This document shows positions 1-10,219 of a stretch of 64,000 nucleotides of DNA, piece by piece. Every line of letters begins with the position of its first letter. Position 1 is the stretch's first letter. Source of the DNA: an uncultured Acidobacteriota bacterium. Its GTDB lineage: Bacteria > Acidobacteriota > Vicinamibacteria > Vicinamibacterales > CAVVIG01. Location: NCBI GenBank assembly GCA_963728825.1, contig CAVSLA010000004.1, positions 1,664,733 through 1,728,732 on the forward strand. The letters run 5' to 3'. The notes beneath the pieces were generated by a model. That model had not been told where the DNA came from. It did not search any database and worked only from the letters and a program-made list of their open reading frames with translations. The translations under genes were made by a program, and so were the position numbers.

Positions 1-1692
1 TCCTGCGGGAAATCGCCGACCTGCTCGAAATCAAGGACGACAACCCGTTCAAGATCCGCGCCTATCGCAACGGCGCCGACATCGTCTCGAACCACCCCCA
101 CGAGATGGCGTCCCTCGACGTCACCGGCCTGCGCGAAATTCCCGGGATCGGTAAAGATCTGGCCGCTCGCATCCGCGAAATCGTCGATACGGGCGACGCC
201 GAGTTCCATCGCGAGCTGATCGCCGAATTTCCCCCGACCATCCTGGACTTGCTGCATCTGCGGAGGTGTGGGGCCAAAAACCGTGGCGATGCTCTACCGC
301 GAGCTCGACATCCGCACGCTCGAGGATCTCGAGCGCGCCGCGGCGGACGGGCGGGTCCGCGCGCTGCGGGGCATGGGCGCGAAGAAGGAGGCGCTCATCC
401 TGAAAGCGCTGGCGGATCGCAAGCGCCACGCGGGCCGACATCTGTTGGCCGATGCGCACGACGTCGCGGCGGCGATCGTTTCCTATCTCCGCGAGCAGGC
501 GCCGAACGCGCGGATCGACACGGTCGGCAGCCTCCGGCGTGGCTGCGAAACCTGCGGCGACATCGACATCCTCGCGGCTGGTGCCGAACCCGCGCTGATG
601 GATGCGTTTGCCGACTACCGCCTGGTCGAGCGTGTGCTGGGGCAGGGGGACACCAAGGCGAGCGTGCTTCTCCAGAGTGGATTCCAGGCCGACCTCAGGC
701 TCGTGGCCGCCGACAGCCGCGGCGCGGCGCTGCAGTATTTCACCGGCTCCAAGGCTCACAACATCGCGTTGCGTGAGCGCGCCATCGGTCTCGGGTTCAA
801 ATTGAACGAGTACGGCCTGTTCCGTAGCGAGGGCGACGAGCGGGTTGCGGGCGACACCGAGGAAGGCGTCTACGAGGCACTCGGTCTGCAGTGGGTGCCG
901 CCGGAGCTCCGCGAGGACCGCGGTGAGATAACCGCCGCCACGGTGCGCTCGCTGCCGCGCCTGATCGAGCAGACCGACCTGCGCGGCGACCTGCACATGC
1001 ATACGACTGAGACCGATGGCAAGGGCGACATCGCCGAAATGGCTGACGCCGCGCGGGCCGCCGGTCTCGAATACGTCGCCATCACCGATCACAGCAAGTC
1101 GCTGGCGATGGCCAACGGCCTGGACGAACGGCGGGCCCTGGACCACGCCGCGCGGATCCGAGCGGCCGATGGGCGGCACGGCGTACGACTACTGGCCGGC
1201 ATCGAATGCGACATCCGGCCCGACGGCACGCTCGATCTGGAAGATTCCTGTCTGGCCGCCCTCGACCTGGTGGTCGCCTCCGTGCATTCGGCCTTCAATC
1301 AGGATCGCCGGCAGATCACCGATCGGATCCTGCGTGCGCTCGAGAACCCGTACGTCGACATCCTCGGCCACCCGACCGGCCGTTTGATCCTTCGACGAGA
1401 GCCGTACCCGGTGGACGTCGAAGCCGTTCTGGACGCCGCCGCTCGACACGGCGTCGCCGTCGAGATCAACTGCCAGCTCGATCGTCTCGATCTGAGCGAC
1501 GTGCACGCCACACTGGCGCGCGATCGCGGCGTCCCGATCGTCATCTCCAGCGACGCCCACTCCCCCAGCGCAATCGGCTGGCAGCGCTGGGGGGTCGTCG
1601 TCGCGCGGCGTGCCTGGCTCGAGCCCCGCCACGTGCTCAACACCCGTCCGCTTGCCGAGTTCCGCGACCGTCTTCGCCGCAACCGCCGATGA
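1..1692 (+). pseudogene. polX: Family X DNA polymerase with C-terminal PHP domain (PolX); 5' end lies outside the window; one frame change as sequenced
   Basis: Frame 3 from nt 3 reads LREIADLLEIKDDNPFKIRAYRNGAD..GIGKDLAARIREIV (HhH region). It moves +1 near 258-262 into the 268..1692 frame (GVGPKTVAMLYREL, GDIDIL, PHP motifs HMHTTETDG, ITDHS, SSDAH). Confidence 0.85.
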
Positions 1693-1922
1693 CTCCACTC
1701 AAGATGCTGACCACGGACGAGAAGCTGGCCGAGATCCGGCGCCTGTATTTCAAGACCACGAGGCAGACGGTGCAGGTCGATCTCGCCAAAGCGCTCGACC
1801 TGCTCAAGTCGATGAGCAGCGAGGACGAGCGCGAGCGCGCGACGGTCTATATGGAGGGACTGGCCGAGATGTACAAGGATTGGGTGCGGAAGGCGAAGAA
1901 AGGACAGAAGAAGAAGATGTAA
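1689..1922 (+). CDS. Hypothetical small helical protein with a Lys-rich tail
   Basis: 77 codons inside track ORF 1206..1922. The ATG at 1689 overlaps the polX TGA (ATGA). Sequence MTPLKMLTTDEKLAEIRRLYF..KKGQKKKM. No family recognised. Confidence 0.5.
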   Translation: MTPLKMLTTDEKLAEIRRLYFKTTRQTVQVDLAKALDLLKSMSSEDERERATVYMEGLAEMYKDWVRKAKKGQKKKM

Positions 1923-1932
1923 AAAGGCCCGG

Positions 1933-2619
1933 TCAGCTCCGCGGACTGAAGGCCGCCAACGCCTCGAGCGCGAGCGTATGCAGACTGGCTTGGAGGCTGG
2001 AGTCGTCTACCCAGCGAAAGCGATTACGGGATGGATGCAGCCCCACCATCGAGTCGATCGCCCCGCCCCGTCCACTCTTGGGCCAGGCGTCGCAATCCTG
2101 TCGCACCCAGATCTCCAGCAGTTGGGCATCAGGGGGCGTCTGCGAATTCTTCTGGAAGGCCCACTGGTCCCAGAACGTCACCATGCCATCCCCCTGGCAG
2201 AACCCTCCGTAACTGTCTCTCATGCGCTCGGCGAACGTGATCGCGCCGCCGTGCAGTTGATTCTTCAAGTTGGTCAACTCTTGCCGGGGCACGTTGCCGA
2301 AGAACAGCCACTTCCACCTCTCGCTCCTGGTCCAACCGACATTCTCCAGGACCGGGTGCAGCAGCGTCGCGTGGCCGGACTTGTAATACACCGACGGCTT
2401 TTCGCCGACGGACACAAGTCCGGTTTTTTCTTCAGCGAGCCTTTTCAGGATCTCGTCGACCGAGCGAACGGTGAGGTCTCCCTGGAACGTGTAGCCGACG
2501 ATTCGCTCCGGACGAGCCCAATCGGGAATGAAGAGATCTTTCTCGAAATCCTTGGCCCGTGGCTTTGGCGCGTTCGACTTTCCGCCCGGCCCCTGGGGCT
2601 GCCCCTTTGGTGGGTGCAT
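1933..2619 (-). CDS. Hypothetical protein (228 aa, Trp-rich)
   Basis: Clean ORF with ATG at 2619. No motif recognised. Sampled 60-nt windows give about 53-60% GC, lower than the flanks. Confidence 0.55.
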   Translation of the reverse strand: MHPPKGQPQGPGGKSNAPKPRAKDFEKDLFIPDWARPERIVGYTFQGDLTVRSVDEILKRLAEEKTGLVSVGEKPSVYYKSGHATLLHPVLENVGWTRSERWKWLFFGNVPRQELTNLKNQLHGGAITFAERMRDSYGGFCQGDGMVTFWDQWAFQKNSQTPPDAQLLEIWVRQDCDAWPKSGRGGAIDSMVGLHPSRNRFRWVDDSSLQASLHTLALEALAAFSPRS

Positions 2620-2641
2620 GACACGGTCTCCTGCTGTCGCA

Positions 2642-2678
2642 GCCGGGTCTTCTGCCGGGTCTAAAAGACCCGGCCTAC
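2642..2678 (-). repeat. REP-like hairpin with GTAG head (minus orientation) and a duplicated arm
   Basis: GCCGGGTCT-TCT-GCCGGGTC-TAAAA-GACCCGGC-CTAC. The stem is 2654-2661/2667-2674. Same family as 11411-11464, 12856-12879 and 63082-63155. Confidence 0.75.
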
Positions 2679-2740
2679 ATGCGCGCTCTGCACATTTCGG
2701 CTCGGCTTGCGATTATGCCGACGCGGACGTCGTCCACCGG

Positions 2741-3367
2741 TCAGGCTCCGAAGAGTTTCACGAAGATATCCATGACCGACGCGCCGACGGTGAAGCCACC
2801 GGCCCTCGCGCCATCCTCGTCGTCGCTCAGCTGGGCGCTCGGTTCGGAGCGCGGTTCGCGGTCCGCGCGCGGCCGGCCGCGGTCGTCGCCCGGGGCGTTG
2901 GAAATCTGCTGAAGCTCGCCGAAATCGAGCCAGACCAGATCGCACTTCCGGCAGGTATCGATGATGACGTTCCCCGGACCGTAATAGGGGTGCACGTCCA
3001 TCTGCGTGCGGCAGGTCGGGCAGGTGATCCGTCGCTCGAATTCGCGCCGGTCCAGTTCGCCGGGCGGCTGCCCTGGTCCGGCTGCATGGGAACGGCGGTG
3101 CGCGATGGCGTAGGCGAAGATGGCCCGCTCCAGCAGCACGCCGCGGCATCGTTCACAGTGTTGAATGACGTGCGCGTGGTCGAGCAGCGATTTGGCGAGC
3201 GGGGTGCTGCACAACGGACAGGGCAGCGCGTCGGCAAGTCGCTCGAGGACCTGAACGCCGTCAGTGCCGGGCGCGTCGAGGAATTCGAACGTGCCGCAAT
3301 ACCGGCAGAAATAGTAACGCCGTCGATCGAACAGCTCCATCGCGGCGGCGCAGTTCCGGCAGTTCAT
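2741..3367 (-). CDS. Zinc-ribbon protein with repeated TFIIB-type zinc-finger modules
   Basis: Three CxxC..CxxC units (CRNC..CRYC; CPLC..CERC; CPTC..CRKCDLVWLDFGELQQI). The last matches the zf-TFIIB-like pattern. Acidic, disordered C-terminus. Confidence 0.7.
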   Translation of the reverse strand: MNCRNCAAAMELFDRRRYYFCRYCGTFEFLDAPGTDGVQVLERLADALPCPLCSTPLAKSLLDHAHVIQHCERCRGVLLERAIFAYAIAHRRSHAAGPGQPPGELDRREFERRITCPTCRTQMDVHPYYGPGNVIIDTCRKCDLVWLDFGELQQISNAPGDDRGRPRADREPRSEPSAQLSDDEDGARAGGFTVGASVMDIFVKLFGA

Positions 3368-3648
3368 CGCGTAATCGCAATCGGATGCCGCGGCTCGATC
3401 CCTTTGGCGGCCAGTTGCCGCGAGGTGTCACGGATGTCGTCGCACATCAGCGTCAGCTGATGCCGGACGCCCGACTGGTACGTAGGACCCTCGGCCGGGT
3501 GGACGCCAAGCTCGGCCGGCGGCAACGCGAAGATCAGCCACCCCTCGCCGGCGTCGACGTGTTGCCAGCCGAACACATCCCGCAGGGTCGCGCGCAGCGC
3601 TTCGGGTTGCGACGTGTAGAGCAGAACATGCGCGCCGATGATGGCCAT
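3364..3648 (-). CDS. VOC/glyoxalase-family small protein
   Basis: 94 aa, MAIIGAHVLLYTSQPEALRATLRDVFGW..GVHPAEG. Pattern typical of glyoxalase-like domain proteins. Its stop overlaps the downstream start (ATGA). Confidence 0.6.
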   Translation of the reverse strand: MAIIGAHVLLYTSQPEALRATLRDVFGWQHVDAGEGWLIFALPPAELGVHPAEGPTYQSGVRHQLTLMCDDIRDTSRQLAAKGIEPRHPIAITR

Positions 3649-3663
3649 GCGAGTCTGACTCCC

Positions 3664-4458
3664 CTACTTCTTGGATGTCGCCGCGACGATCTTCTTGCGC
3701 GCCGCGATGCGCAGCGGCTCGGGAACGTTGCGATCGATCGACAGCATCTGCAGGTCGCGGTCGTTGAGGCGGTTCATGTTGTTGAGCGACATCGCCAGCG
3801 GTGTCTTCGGGTTCTTGCACAGCCCGACGACCACGCCGTAGTTCTTCATCCAGGCACGGTTGGCCGCGATAATCCGCAACACGTCCTCCGAAACGTTCGC
3901 CATCCGCGCGAACGCCTCGACCTCGTTTTCGCTCAGCTTCGGGCTGCTCAATACCGAGGCCGAGATCATCTTGTTGGGGTCGCGAATCAGCAGCGCGCGC
4001 ATCTCGCGCGAGCCTTTGACGGCGGCCTTCAACCGATCCGAGAATCCCATCTTGGCGATCTGCTGCGAAATACTTTGACGGGTCGCCTCGCCGGCCTGAC
4101 CTTCTGGAACCTCCGGCGCCTGCGCCACATCGTCGGGCGACGTGTCGATCAGCGGGTCGTCCGATTCCTTCGCTGCCACCGGGCCCGGCTGGACGCCGCG
4201 CGCTGCAAAGAAATCGCGGGTGGCGATCGGCACGTCGGCGCGAGCCAGGTACGCGGCGAGCACGTCGGGGGGGATGCGCTTGATCGTCGCGCCAGCCGTT
4301 GCCTGGATCTCGGCGTCGGCATCGTCCAGCAGCAGCAGCAGCAGCGACAACTGCTCGTGCGCGGTCGGCGCGAGGGCCCCCTCGGCCGCCTGCATCCGGA
4401 CGTCGCGCGCCACTTCGCCGCGCTTGAAGAAATCGAGGAGCGGGGTCGGACGGGTCAC
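3664..4458 (-). CDS. Conserved hypothetical alpha-helical repeat (HEAT/ARM-like) protein
   Basis: In frame with track ORF 3664..4686. The GTG at 4458 overlaps the upstream stop (GTGA). Helical repeats appear in the C-terminal half (SVLSSPKLSENEVEAFARMANVSEDVLRIIA..GLCKNPKTPL). Confidence 0.6.
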   Translation of the reverse strand: MTRPTPLLDFFKRGEVARDVRMQAAEGALAPTAHEQLSLLLLLLDDADAEIQATAGATIKRIPPDVLAAYLARADVPIATRDFFAARGVQPGPVAAKESDDPLIDTSPDDVAQAPEVPEGQAGEATRQSISQQIAKMGFSDRLKAAVKGSREMRALLIRDPNKMISASVLSSPKLSENEVEAFARMANVSEDVLRIIAANRAWMKNYGVVVGLCKNPKTPLAMSLNNMNRLNDRDLQMLSIDRNVPEPLRIAARKKIVAATSKK

Positions 4459-5420
4459 GGCGACACCAGATATTCTTTGAAGTTGTCCGGGGTGACGCGC
4501 ACGGTGACCACCTGCCCCGCGCTGCCCAGCGCGCGCGCTTCTTCGCCGTTGATCGTCACCGCCAGCGCCGCGGCGTCGCCGGCGGTCAGGACGACCGATC
4601 GGCCGACCTCGAACGAAATGCGTTCGCCAGTCTGGAACTCGCGGGCCACGAGCCGTTCGCCATCGACGATTGCCGAAACCCAACACGGCCCGGAAGCCAC
4701 GAGCGCCACGGTGACGCGATCGCCCGCTTCGACCGGCACTGCCGTCGGCGCGGGACTGGCGGGCAACGGCTTGAGGGGGTCGGAGGTGCCGGCTGCTTGC
4801 GTTCGGGGCAGCTGTTCGGCCTGGGCAGTCGCCGGTGCTGGTGCCCTGCCGGGCGCCGCTGTCCCGCTGCCGTCCGATGATCCGCCAGCGACCTGAGGCA
4901 CGGTTCCCGGCGCCGCGACGGCGGCGGGCGGATTCTCGGCGGGCCGTGGAGGAGCGCCTGTCGGTCCACGGACCGGCACGGAGGGCGCCGCCGGCGTGTC
5001 GGCGACATTCCGGCGGCCGGTCCCGAAGTACAGCAGCCCTGCCACGACCACCACGCTGATCCCGATCAGCCGAACGAAGGTCGTGGCCGTCTGCTGGTTG
5101 CTTTCGTGAACTTCTTCCTCTTCCTGCTGTTCGGCGGCAGCCTGAGCCGGGCTCACCGCGGTCTCGGGAAACTCCGTGACGAATCGCTGAATCGTTTCGT
5201 CAGGGTCGAGGCCGACTTCGATCGCATACGAGCGGACGAACGCCCGGCTGAAGATCCCACCTGGCAGACGCGAAATGTCGTTTCGTTCGAGCGCCTCCAG
5301 CGCGCCGACCGAGATCTTCGTCGCGCGCGCAATCTGACCGAGCGAGACGCCGCGCCGTTCGCGCGCCGCCTTCAGGAAGCTGCCGAAATCGCCAGTATTG
5401 CGTTCTGCAGCCATGGACAC
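4455..5420 (-). CDS. rodZ: RodZ-like cytoskeleton protein (HTH, TM segment, DUF4115-like C-terminus)
   Basis: N-terminal cro/C1-type HTH (FLKAARERRGVSLGQIARATKISVGALEALE), one TM segment (FVRLIGISVVVVAGLLYF), a Pro/Ala-rich linker and a beta-rich C-terminus. Start is GTG 5420 or ATG 5414. Confidence 0.7.
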   Translation of the reverse strand: MSMAAERNTGDFGSFLKAARERRGVSLGQIARATKISVGALEALERNDISRLPGGIFSRAFVRSYAIEVGLDPDETIQRFVTEFPETAVSPAQAAAEQQEEEEVHESNQQTATTFVRLIGISVVVVAGLLYFGTGRRNVADTPAAPSVPVRGPTGAPPRPAENPPAAVAAPGTVPQVAGGSSDGSGTAAPGRAPAPATAQAEQLPRTQAAGTSDPLKPLPASPAPTAVPVEAGDRVTVALVASGPCWVSAIVDGERLVAREFQTGERISFEVGRSVVLTAGDAAALAVTINGEEARALGSAGQVVTVRVTPDNFKEYLVSP

Positions 5421-5434
5421 GCTGTCCGCCTATG

Positions 5435-6105
5435 TTAGGAAGCCGATCTCTGAGTGTCAAACGACCGGCGCGCGTTCCGCACGAGCTCGTCGAGCCGTTC
5501 CGCCCGGCAACCCGAGTGATCGTCAACGCGACCGATGAACAGACCAATCGCTGCCGCCCCCGCGGCCCCCGCGCGCGAGAGCTCGGGCAGACGCTCCAGG
5601 GTGACACCGCCGATCGCCAGCACCGGCAGCGTGACCGCAGACACGATTCGCCCGAACCCCTCGATCCCGAGCGTCTGGATCGAGGCGGGCTTTGACTCGG
5701 TCTGCCACACCGTTCCGGCGGTGAGGTAGTCAGCATTCGAAGCAGCCGCAACCGCTTCGGCGACTGAGTGCACGGATGCGCCGATGACGAAGCCTCTGGG
5801 GACGATCGGCCTGACGGCTGCAGGTCCAGCGGAGTCGGCCCGAAGGTGCACACCGGCCGCCCCGCAGGCGAGCGCGACGTCCACGCGCTCGTTGACGATC
5901 ACCCGCGTACGGCTGCCGCGTGCCAGCGCAACCATCTCCGAGACGATGGCTGCGAGATCGGCCGCCTCGAGATCCGGCTCGCGCACCTGCAGGTAGTCGA
6001 CACCGGCGTCCAACGCCCAACGCGCCTGTTCGATCAGGCACCGCCGGCCGGCGCCTTCGTCGGGCCCGGCGCTGAGTCGACGCCGATCCGTGATGAGCTG
6101 CAGAA
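5435..6105 (-). CDS. thiE: Thiamine-phosphate synthase
   Basis: C-terminal 222 aa of track ORF 5435..6850 (LILQLITDRRR.., DYLQVREPD, VIVNERVDVA, VHLRADS, IGASVHS, LAIGGV). There is no ATG/GTG/TTG near the N-terminus, so the start is uncertain (CTG or ATT around 6090-6105). Confidence 0.75.
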
Positions 6106-6336
6106 TCAGGGCTCGATCCGGGTATCGGTCCGGGGCTCCAGCGGCGCCGCCGGAACATCCACGGCCCGTGCGGAAAAGACGCGCGCCAAATCGGAGACGC
6201 CCACCAGCACGTTGGCGATGCCGAGCCCGGTGACGCCGCCGCACACAAACGAATTGGTGATGACCGGCGTCAGGATCGGCCACGCCTGGGCGAAGTAGTT
6301 GTGTTCCCAGAAGTCGGACCACGGCAGGACCATCAA
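6106..6336 (-). CDS. Hypothetical small membrane protein
   Basis: Hydrophobic stretches (WPILTPVITNSFVCGGVTGLGIANVLVGV). The frame stays open upstream to a CTG at 6387, which would add a further TM-like stretch (LFPRLLYVAYFLEVGLLL). No family recognised. Confidence 0.35.
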   Translation of the reverse strand: MMVLPWSDFWEHNYFAQAWPILTPVITNSFVCGGVTGLGIANVLVGVSDLARVFSARAVDVPAAPLEPRTDTRIEP

Positions 6337-6392
6337 CAGCAGGCCGACTTCGAGAAAATACGCGACGTACAGAAGACGGGGAAACAGGGCGG

Positions 6393-8450
6393 CTACCCCC
6401 GAGCCCGGACCTTGGCGAGCCGTTCAATCCGCGCCGCGACGTCGCGGTAGTTGCCGGCGTCGGCCTGCAGTTCGATGCAGACAGCCAGCGCCCGGGACGT
6501 CTCGCCAGCCTGTTCGAGGACGTCCGCGAGGTCGAACAACAGGACGTGCCCTTGATCGGGCGTCGGCGCCGGCGCTTGCGCGGCCCGCTCCAGCCACTCG
6601 ATGGCCTGGGCCAACCTCCCCCGGTCGCGAAGGATCCGTCCGACGAGCGACGCCGCGTCGAAGCGAAGCCTCGGCGTGCGGGCCGCGGCCTGCAGCGGTC
6701 CGATCGCCTCTTCAGCCTTGCCGGATTCCAACAGCGCCAGGCCCTGACGGTAATCCGCGTCGGCCGGGTCGACTGCCGGCCGCCGCGTCGGCTCTTCCCG
6801 AACCTGCGCGAAGACACCTTCGAGCTCGAGAGGCGGGACGGCCACCGCAATCGGGCGGTTGATGTCGTCGAGCACCACGCTCAAATCGACCTCGCCTGCA
6901 GCAGTCCACCTGCTGATCGGCGCTGGCGGTTCGAGGTCCTGGACGGGCTCGGGATGCGCCGCTGGTGCAATCGGGGGCGGTGTAGTCTCGCCGACCGGCG
7001 CGGCCTGTTCTGCCTTCCCCGCGTCCTCGGTCCGTGCGAGGTCGGTGCTCATGAACGGCATGTTGCCGCTGAGACGGTCGGCGATGACGGCATCGGGATC
7101 GGCGTCGCCCAGCAGGACGAGGGCACGCCGGAATCTTTCGATGTTTGCCCGCTCCCACGGTTCGCGCGCGACCAGCTCTTCGGAAATGAACCGCGCCTGG
7201 TCGCCGGAGCCTGCGGCAATGTACGCGTCGGCCAGCTGGCCCTGCGCGCTGTACATCGTCGCCTCGAGTCCGCCGTCAACGCAGATACCGACCAGCCGGG
7301 TCAGCGTCGGGATGTGTCCTGGCAGGCGGGTGACGTACTCCTGCAGCACGGCTGCCGCCGAAGCGTAGTCGCCGCCTTGAATCGCCGCTTCGGCGGCGAG
7401 CTGGACGACCGCAAAGCCGGCATCGGGCGCCTGTTCGGCCTGCGTCCAGCCCAACGCGGCTACTTCGTCGCGACGATCGGGTTCGAGATCCAGCAGCCGA
7501 CGGATCGCCGCGATCGCCTCTTCGAGCTTCCCGCCGCGCAGCTGGATTTCGGCCGCGGTCCACAGCAGTCGAGGATCGCTCCCGGCAGACTCGATGGTGA
7601 GGTATTGACCGGCCGCCTGCAGATCGCCGCGGCCGGCAAAGGTTCTCCCCAGCTGCGCCTTGAGCGCGATGTCATCGGGATCGCGGCCGGCGGCCTCCTG
7701 CAAGGTGAGCAACGCTTCGTCCGCGTCGCCGGCAGCTTCGAGCCGCTCCGCGATCGCCTTCAGTTGCGCGGCCGACGAGGCGTACTCGCGGGCCCGTGTG
7801 AAGTCGCCGGCGACGAGGTGAACATCCATCAGCTGGCCGCGCACCTCGTCGTCACTCGCATCGAGGGCGGCAGCTTCCTGCAGCGCCTTGATCGCTTCGG
7901 CCTGTCGATCCTTGTCCTGGAGATACGCCGCCAGCGCCTTCAAGTCGCCGACCGCGCCGGCGGTGTCATTCAGCTCGGTCCGCGCCCGCGCGCCTGCGAT
8001 CCGTGCCTCGACATCGTTGGGATCCAGCGAAGCGAGCCGCACGACGATTTCCGTCACGCCCCGCTGGTCGCCGCGCGTCCGGCGACGGTTGGCAACACTG
8101 TTGAAAAGCGCGCGCGCATCCACCACCAGGCCCTGACCGCCGGCGATTTCCGCCGCTTGCAGCATGGCGTGCTCGTGATCGGGCTTCAGCTTCAGGACCT
8201 TCTTGTAGACGGCGGCGGCCTTGGACAGGAAGCCTTCGGCGTGGAGATGATCGGCAATTCTGACGAACTGCTCGACGGCCTTGTCGGGCTGCTTCGCTCT
8301 GACGTGCAGGTCGCCAAGCACGTTGGCCGTGTTCCAATCGGCGGGCTGGTCGTCGACGAGCCGCTGATACTCGGCAACCGCCTGATCGAGTTTTCCCTGC
8401 CGGAGCAGCTTCTCAGCGTTGCGCAGGATAGCAGGACGGTCGATTGGCAC
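6393..8450 (-). CDS. Tetratricopeptide-repeat protein (685 aa)
   Basis: Uninterrupted ORF with many TPR-like helical hairpins (AVAEYQRLVDDQP.., ALLTLQEAAGRDPDD.., AIEWLERAAQAP). Confidence 0.8.
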   Translation of the reverse strand: MPIDRPAILRNAEKLLRQGKLDQAVAEYQRLVDDQPADWNTANVLGDLHVRAKQPDKAVEQFVRIADHLHAEGFLSKAAAVYKKVLKLKPDHEHAMLQAAEIAGGQGLVVDARALFNSVANRRRTRGDQRGVTEIVVRLASLDPNDVEARIAGARARTELNDTAGAVGDLKALAAYLQDKDRQAEAIKALQEAAALDASDDEVRGQLMDVHLVAGDFTRAREYASSAAQLKAIAERLEAAGDADEALLTLQEAAGRDPDDIALKAQLGRTFAGRGDLQAAGQYLTIESAGSDPRLLWTAAEIQLRGGKLEEAIAAIRRLLDLEPDRRDEVAALGWTQAEQAPDAGFAVVQLAAEAAIQGGDYASAAAVLQEYVTRLPGHIPTLTRLVGICVDGGLEATMYSAQGQLADAYIAAGSGDQARFISEELVAREPWERANIERFRRALVLLGDADPDAVIADRLSGNMPFMSTDLARTEDAGKAEQAAPVGETTPPPIAPAAHPEPVQDLEPPAPISRWTAAGEVDLSVVLDDINRPIAVAVPPLELEGVFAQVREEPTRRPAVDPADADYRQGLALLESGKAEEAIGPLQAAARTPRLRFDAASLVGRILRDRGRLAQAIEWLERAAQAPAPTPDQGHVLLFDLADVLEQAGETSRALAVCIELQADAGNYRDVAARIERLAKVRARG

Positions 8451-8455
8451 GTGGA

Positions 8456-9079
8456 TTATTCAATCGTATCAAACAGTGTCGGCGGCCGGAACGATCGTCG
8501 GTGCGCGTCGGAGTAGCCGAACCGCGCAACCGCCTCGAGGTGATCGGCGGTCGCGTAGCCTTTATGTCGGTCGAAACCATAGCGAGGGTCAGCATCATGC
8601 AGCACGCGCATGCCATGGTCGCGTGTCACCTTCGCGACGATCGATGCCGCCGCGATGGCCGAGCAGCGCCGGTCGCCGTGCGGGACACCCCGCTGGGCCA
8701 TGGGCAAATCCGGGATGCGGAATGCGTCGACGAGCACAATGTCCGGCAGCGGCACCAGCGCCAGGACCGAACGGCGCATCGCCTGCAACGACGCCTGGTG
8801 GATATTGATGTGATCGATTTCGCGCGGATCGGCCTCGGCGACCGCCCAGGCGACCGCGTGCCTGACGATGCGGTCGAACAGCCGCTCGCGTTCCTGGGCG
8901 GGGACCAGCTTGGAATCGCAGACACCGGCAATGTGCCGGTCCGGATGCAGCACGACGGCGGCGGCAACCACCGGCCCCGCCAGGCAGCCGCGCCCGACTT
9001 CATCGACGCCCGCCACATGGCAGAACCCCATGCGCCGCAACGCATTCTCGAGCGTGCGCATGGCGGGAACACGAACCAT
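8456..9079 (-). CDS. rnhB: Ribonuclease HII
   Basis: GVDEVGRGCLAGPVV, DSK, ASIVAKVTRD and YGFDRHKGY motifs. Conserved position next to rplS. Confidence 0.9.
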   Translation of the reverse strand: MVRVPAMRTLENALRRMGFCHVAGVDEVGRGCLAGPVVAAAVVLHPDRHIAGVCDSKLVPAQERERLFDRIVRHAVAWAVAEADPREIDHINIHQASLQAMRRSVLALVPLPDIVLVDAFRIPDLPMAQRGVPHGDRRCSAIAAASIVAKVTRDHGMRVLHDADPRYGFDRHKGYATADHLEAVARFGYSDAHRRSFRPPTLFDTIE

Positions 9080-9102
9080 GGCTGGTTGGTCCGGGAAAGC
9101 GG

Positions 9103-9450
9103 CTACTGGTTCTTGGTGCCCTCTTTCATTCGAGCCGCCTTGCCCTTGAGGTCGCGTAGATAGTACAGCTTGGCCCGGCGCACTTTGGCGGAACGGGTGA
9201 CTTCGACTTTCTGGATGGTCGGCGAATGGAGCGGAAAGATGCGCTCGACACCCTGGCCGAACGATACCTTGCGGACCGTAAACGAGGCGCGGGTGCCGCC
9301 GCGATGCACGCCGATCACCACGCCTTCGAAGATCTGAATGCGCTCCTTGTCACCTTCGCGCACTTTCACGTGCACGCGAACCGTGTCCCCCGACCTCATC
9401 GCCGGCCGCTCGGCCAGCTGCGACTTCTCGACGAGCTCAATCGCGCCCAT
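9103..9450 (-). CDS. rplS: 50S ribosomal protein L19
   Basis: 115 aa, [42 protein letters not shown]. Confidence 0.95.
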   Translation of the reverse strand: MGAIELVEKSQLAERPAMRSGDTVRVHVKVREGDKERIQIFEGVVIGVHRGGTRASFTVRKVSFGQGVERIFPLHSPTIQKVEVTRSAKVRRAKLYYLRDLKGKAARMKEGTKNQ

Positions 9451-9466
9451 GACTACACCTCATCAA

Positions 9467-10198
9467 TTACTTATTGCCGAGTAGCTCCCGCAGCAGCTCC
9501 CGTTCTTCGTCGTCGAGCGCGGCGTCAGCCAGCAGATCCGGCCGCCGCGCCACCGTTCTGGCCAGCGCCTCGCGCTTCCGCCAGCGGCGGATCGCGGCGT
9601 GGTTGCCCGACAACAGGACATCGGGCACCTTCGCGCCTTCCCACTCCGCCGGCCGCGTATAGTGCGGGAAGTCGAGCAGCCCGCGGCTGAACGAGTCCTC
9701 CGCCACTGACTGCTCGTCGCCGACTACTCCCGGCACCAGCCTCGCCACCGCATCGACAATCACCAGGGCCGGAAGCTCTCCACCACTCAGTACATAGTCG
9801 CCGATGGAGACTTCTTCGTGCACGCGGCTGCGGACGCGCTCATCGACTCCTTCGTAGCGCCCGCATATCACGACCAGCCGCGCGGCGCGCGCCAGGCGCT
9901 CGACAACCGGCTGCGAGACTCGCGTCCCCTGTGGCGACGTCAGCACTACCACCGGCTTCGCCCCACCGTCGGCTTCGATGGCATCCAGCGCGCGAAAGAT
10001 CGGCTCCGGCTTCAGCACCATCCCCGGACCGCCGCCGTACGGGACATCGTCGACCACGTGGTGACGGTCCGTCGTGAACGATCGCAGGTCGTGCACCTCG
10101 ACGTTCAGCGTGCCTCGCTCGATCGCCCGCCCGATGATCCCGGCGGCCACTGCCTGCCGCACCATCTCCGGGAAGATCGTCACGATGTCAAACCGCAT
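9467..10198 (-). CDS. trmD: tRNA (guanine37-N1)-methyltransferase
   Basis: [12 protein letters not shown].., [39 protein letters not shown]. Confidence 0.95.
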   Translation of the reverse strand: MRFDIVTIFPEMVRQAVAAGIIGRAIERGTLNVEVHDLRSFTTDRHHVVDDVPYGGGPGMVLKPEPIFRALDAIEADGGAKPVVVLTSPQGTRVSQPVVERLARAARLVVICGRYEGVDERVRSRVHEEVSIGDYVLSGGELPALVIVDAVARLVPGVVGDEQSVAEDSFSRGLLDFPHYTRPAEWEGAKVPDVLLSGNHAAIRRWRKREALARTVARRPDLLADAALDDEERELLRELLGNK

Positions 10199-10219
10199 GG
10201 TGGTCGGTCGAGCCCTGCG

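Noticed and set aside
3385-4896. 503-aa ORF on the plus strand
   Set aside because: It is antisense to the VOC, HEAT-like and rodZ-like genes and has no motif support.
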